Source of the DNA: the human T2T-CHM13v2.0 reference genome, Homo sapiens
Assembly: GCF_009914755.1 (NCBI RefSeq)
Contig: NC_060927.1
Direction: 5' to 3' (one strand)
DNA length: 64,000 nucleotides
The notes beneath the pieces were generated by a model. The model was not told the origin of the DNA and did not search any database. It was given only the letters and a program-made list of their open reading frames with translations. Shown piece after piece: positions 59,106 to 64,000 of this stretch (its first letter is position 1; every line of letters starts with the position of its first letter). Both the position numbers and the translations under genes were made by a program.

Positions 59106-59481
59106 TACTGTCCACAGCAGCTTTTTTGCCTTTTGGAGTTTTCAAGGAACTCCATTCATGCCCAGGGCTTTAATACCTTCAAATATCAACTGACATCCCC
59201 AAATTTGTACATCCAGTTGTTGCCTCCTTCATAAATCTCAGAGCTCTATTTTCATCTGCCTCTGGATATCTCTACCTGGATACCCTTCAGGCACTTAAAA
59301 CTTAGTATGTCCACTTGAAATAGTCCTTTTTCTAAACACAGACTCTCTCACATACCACAATCCCTGCCCCCAACATATTCCCACTACAGTTAAAGTCACT
59401 ACCCTCCACCCAAATCCTCAGATTCACCCTACATATCTCAATTTCCTTCAGGTATGCACCTAACCACACCCAGTCGCCATG

Positions 59482-59917
59482 TGCAAAGTAGCTTCACTGT
59501 AAATTGGTTATCAAATTGTCTGAATCCAGTGATACAGAACACTCACATATAAGAAGTTACTTACAACGAGGCAGCAAGGGACAAAAGAAGGCTAAGATTC
59601 ATTGTAAGCTGGCCCTCCAAGGCTCAGGGCAAATGGAGTCATGACCGCATGTCCCCACTTGTGCCAAAGCTGAGGGACCCCAGAAAGCAGCCCACCCTAG
59701 ATTTTATACCTTGGGGTTATGTGATTTGCTAGGCTGAAGCATTGGAAGACCTCCAGTTTCTAGGGGAGACTAGAACAGAGACTGAGCTGTTCCAGCCAGT
59801 CCCTCCTTATCCCAGGATGTTGCGTTCTCAGCACATTCTATAGTTATTCTTGAGAACTACAAGTGAGAAAGATGGAGAACTGAGTCAGTCGAAGGCCATC
59901 CACAAAACTGCCCTGCA
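59482..59917 (-). mobile_element. Solo ERVL-class LTR (LTR47-like) inserted in L2
   Basis: TG...CA termini and a perfect 5-bp TSD ccatg at 59477 and 59918. Minus-strand TATA (plus-strand ttttatacc at 59702). Confidence 0.8.
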
Positions 59918-60412
59918 CCATGTAGCATTGATCCTATGTCCTAAGTGCCTGTCAGGTCAGCCCCTTCTTTTCTATATACACTGTTGTTCTCCTAGTTGCT
60001 GTAGCCTCAAACCAGTCATCCTACCTGCAATCTCTCCACTGCCCCTTACTCCAATTCATCCTCTACATTGTCACCAGAATGAACTTTTGTAAATATATAT
60101 CTGATCATATCAAACCCTGAGCAAAACCATGCAGTGACTTCCCATTGCCTTTGCGATAAGGCTCAAATGCCTTAGTTTGATCTACATGAACTTCATGCAT
60201 TCATCCCACGTTGCCTGTTTGATCTCATCTCCCCACCCCTTCCCCACACCCCCACTCCCCAGACCGCTCTGTTCTAGTCACACTGAACTATTTTCTTCAA
60301 ACCCAGAGGACTTTCTCAGTCTCTTTGTCTATCCTGCCCCCAGTGTAGGTAAAGGGATTGGGGAGAGCATACACTCAGGAGTCCAAAGGCTGGGTTCAAA
60401 TCTACCCTGGGT

Positions 60413-60795
60413 GTGTCACTTGTTTTGGTTTGGGTTCACTCACAACTTTGGATTCACCCAGAAGCAGACTGAGACAAGGATTCAAGGGCCAGCAGTTTAT
60501 TTGAGAGGTTCGGAAAATACCAGCAGGAGAGTAGGGAAAGGAGAAAGAGAAAAAACTTCGCCTTAGTTAACGGAACATTATCAAGCCCGCTGCCTCTATG
60601 ACAGCTGACATTTTATCCCACAGGGAAACTGTGCAATAACGAAGAACTTTTGCCTCAGAGCTATCCCACCTAAGAATTAGCCACCTGAGAGGTAAGATTC
60701 CTCAGTTACTAATACACCAGTTCCTATCAGCCATTGGTTGAGGGTGAAACTGGGGGGTGGAGGTGGGGGATTGGAATATGGGGCTCTGCCATATT
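60413..60795. mobile_element. ERVL-class LTR fragment (LTR16/LTR33-like) within a MIR
   Basis: cccagaagcagactgagacaaggattcaag...agtttatttgagagg. Confidence 0.6.
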
Positions 60796-61934
60796 AGCAA
60801 ACCTCTCTGTGTCTCAGTTTTCCCACTCCAAAAGCTAGGATAACACTAGTACCTATCTTTTAGGGTTGTTGTGAGGAGTATATGAGCTAATACATGTAAA
60901 GTACTAACAATAGTGCCAAGAACTTAGTAATCACTACATATATTCTAATTGTTGTTGTTAGTATTAATCTCTTACTATGACCTCTTCTGTCACACTAAAC
61001 ATCTGCTGGCAGGAAAATACTCTCCTAGCTCCAAAAGCATGTTCCTATCCTGGCATTCCCCAACCTTACTTTTGATTATATTCTTGGGTGTCTTTCTTTT
61101 CTACTAGCTAGTGTCCTGAGAGAAAACTTTGTCAAATTCTATGCCTAGCATAAAGTAGACACTCACTAAGTGTTTGTAGAATTGAGTTGAACTAAGTTGT
61201 CTTTCAATAAGACTTGTTTTCCTTTTGTGCCAAATAAAGAAAGAAAGAAGGAAAGAGTTATAGCCAGAAAAAGAAATAAAGAAAACAGAAAGGGAGTATT
61301 CAGTCAACATGCATTAATAGCAGGGGCTCAGTTAATATTTGTTGAATGAATTTAAATGTGAATATAAATTGAGCACCTACTATGTATCAGGCATTATGCT
61401 AGGCACTTAGACTACAACAATGATTATGTCAAGGTCCCTGCTATGAGAAGATGAGAGAGGATACACAGATTAACAAATGAAAGGAATAGGCATCACTGAG
61501 TTAAAGACAAGTTGGGAAAAGACAAGGACAGCCAAGGATAGTCATTGGTTTGGGTCAATGCTCATGAGCTACTATGAAAGTGTTATACAGTCATGACCAA
61601 AACTCGACTGGACTCTGAAGCTTCAGGAACTTTCCTGGCATCCTGTGGCACAGGCTTCCTTCTCAGGTACTGAGTATTTCTAATTCCGTGGTCAGCTCAG
61701 CACATCAGAAAATGTCACCAGTTCAAGTCCAGACATGAGCTCGCCCCTTTGTTGACTTTCACTTAAATCGCATGGCCATAAATTCAGTCTGTTCACATTA
61801 TACAAAGGAAAAAAAATATCTTGGAAAGATGTGTTTTCTCAAAACTCTTCATGCACTGATATGGAATATTTGCAAGAGATTTATTAAGTAAAAGAAGCAA
61901 GGGAGAAGCCAGTATGTAACACCAGCTTCAAGTA

Positions 61935-63963
61935 CATGGGATGACTGTGGATGCCACTCAGCCTCTTTCCCTAGCCATTCCCCATCACCCAATGGGCTCA
62001 TAAAATGTGGTCACTGAGGCAGAGATTAAAGATATGCATAGGTTCAGTAATATAAATTCCAAGGCTGATCCAGCTACAGCCACCAATGAATGTCCAATCT
62101 TCCAGCATCAGAGAACAACACTGAGTCTCTGACATGACACTATTCTGTAGGGTGATCAATTTGGTTGCAGGTTGATTAGTCTGGACCACTACCATCATCA
62201 ACAGGGGCAGAAATTTGTTCTTACTGGAATAAAAACTTACTCTGGATAGGAATTTGCCTTTGCTGCATGAAATAATACTGCTGAAAATGCCGTCTTTCAA
62301 CTTACAAAATGTCTTATCCCTAGTATTCTACCCTCCAGCATTGCTTCTGATTAAAGAACTCACTTTACAGCAAATGAAGTGCAGCAATAGACCCAGGCTC
62401 GTGGAATTCACTAGTCTTATGTTCCCCACCATTCTGAAGCAGCTGGTTTGACAGAACGGTGGAATGGCCTTCTGAAGACTCAGTTACCACACCAGCTAGT
62501 TGGCAAAGCCTTATAGTGCTGGGTCAATGTTCTCTAGAAAGCTGATTATGTTCTGAATTTTCATCCAATATGTGGTGCTGTTTCTCTGATAGCCAGAATT
62601 CAAAAGTCCAGGAATTAAAGGGTAGAAATAGGAGTGGCATCACTCAAAATTAGCCCTAATCATCCACTGACAAAAATTTTGCTTCTCATCTCATGATTTC
62701 CCATCCGCAGCAGACCTCTGCCCTGCTGGTCCAAAGGTCTTAGTCTCAAAGAGAGTAAATGCTTCACTACACTGTATGATTTCACTACACTGTAAGTTAA
62801 GACTGGCACTCAGCCACTTACTACTCATGGCCCTGAATCAACAGGCAAAGAGGGATTTACTGTGCTGGCTGGGGAGACTGATGTTAATTACCAAGGGAAA
62901 AAAAAAAAACAGGTTGCTATTACAAAATGAGTGTACAGAACAGTATGTGTTGGAATACAGGAGATCCATTATGGCCGCAATCTCCAACTTTTTGGCACCA
63001 GGGACCAGTTTCATAGAAGACAATTTTTCCATGAACTGGTGGAAGGGGGAGGCAGTTTCAGGATACTACTGTTCCACCTCGGATCATCGGACATTAGTTA
63101 GATTCTCATAAGGAGTGTGCAACCCAGATCCCTCGCATGTGCAGTTCACAATAGGGTTTGCGCACCTATGAGAATCTACTGCCACCGCTGATCTGACTGG
63201 AGGCGGAGCTCAGGCTGTAATGCTCCTCACCCGCCACTCACCTCCTGCTGTGCAGCCCAGTTTGGTCCATGACCTGTGGATTGGGGACCCCTGCCTTATG
63301 GCATCTTTTAGTACAGCCATGCCTATTGCCTTGAATCGGTGAAAAACTACAACAACCCAGTTCAGGCAGGATAATGGCCCAGATCCTTCAGGAATGAGAT
63401 TTGGGTCACCCCACCAGGCAAAGAGCCAAGATAAACTTAGGTGCTTGCTGAGGCCAAAATGAAAATGGAATATGTAATGTGTAGTGGAAGAAGGTAGCAA
63501 CAAATACCAGTTATGATCATATGGCCGGTTGTAGAAATGAGAATTGTGATAGTTATTGGTACTGTTTTCTCATTTTGTTATGAATACATTTGCATATATT
63601 TTAACCAAATATATTTGTTTTCTTCCCACTCTTATTCTCTTATCATCTAACATAATATAGATGTTACAGTTTTAATTACAGTTCACTTTACATCAGTTAA
63701 CTTTACATCAGTATACTTACAGTTTAATTACAGTTGACTTTACATCAGTATACTTAAGTTGCAAGATATTAAGAATAAGAGTGAATGTCACCCAAGGATT
63801 TGTGAAATAATTAGTATTCTGGGAAATAATTAGCATATTTGTATTCTACACAGGATACTTGTAACATGTTAAGTGGAAGTATGACTTTGTTACTGTCTTT
63901 ATTTGGAGATTACGTATCGTTTAAAGAGGTATGTATGAGTGCCAAATTGACAAGCAGTGGACT
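61935..63963 (+). mobile_element. ERVL internal region (decayed integrase and 3' region)
   Basis: Integrase-like remnants, e.g. gaacggtggaatggccttctgaagactcagtta = ERWNGLLKTQL. Ends in a purine-rich tract before an MLT2 LTR. Confidence 0.8.
62975..63293. mobile_element. MER1B hAT element inserted in the ERVL
   Basis: ccaactttttggcaccagggacc...ttggggacccctg. 8-bp TSD cattatgg / ccttatgg. Confidence 0.88.
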
Positions 63964-64000
63964 TGTGATGATCAGTTTTATGTGTCAACTTGACCAGGAT
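63964..64000 (+). mobile_element. Start of MLT2 LTR (3' LTR of the ERVL), truncated by the window edge
   Basis: tgtgatgatcagttttatgtgtcaacttgac. Confidence 0.8.

Overview
Human-type (primate) genomic DNA containing the whole coding part of KCNMB2, the BK/Slo1 channel inactivating beta-2 subunit, on the + strand. Four GT-AG coding exons (13234-13289, 31411-31581, 34001-34196, 48476-48760) splice to a 708-nt CDS and a 235-aa protein (MFIWTSGR...ERIQRINR). The promoter and first non-coding exon(s) appear to lie upstream of the window. A ~1.5 kb 3' UTR carries several polyA signals. The rest is AT-rich intronic or downstream DNA dense in repeats: nested L1s (one with a 5' inversion), Alu/FAM, MIR/L2, MER5/MER1B, a complete THE1 MaLR element, solo LTRs and an ERVL internal region. 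Nearly all ORFs in the supplied track are repeat-derived or chance. I see no clear new multi-gene system. The best leads are (i) a possible intronic-polyadenylation product encoding only the 19-aa inactivation 'ball' peptide, (ii) a cryptic ATG mini-exon that could give a ball-less beta-2, (iii) templated-insertion scars, and (iv) an inverted L1 with a short 3' transduction. Repeat subfamily names are from recognition by eye, not from a RepeatMasker run, and repeat boundaries without a stated TSD are approximate.
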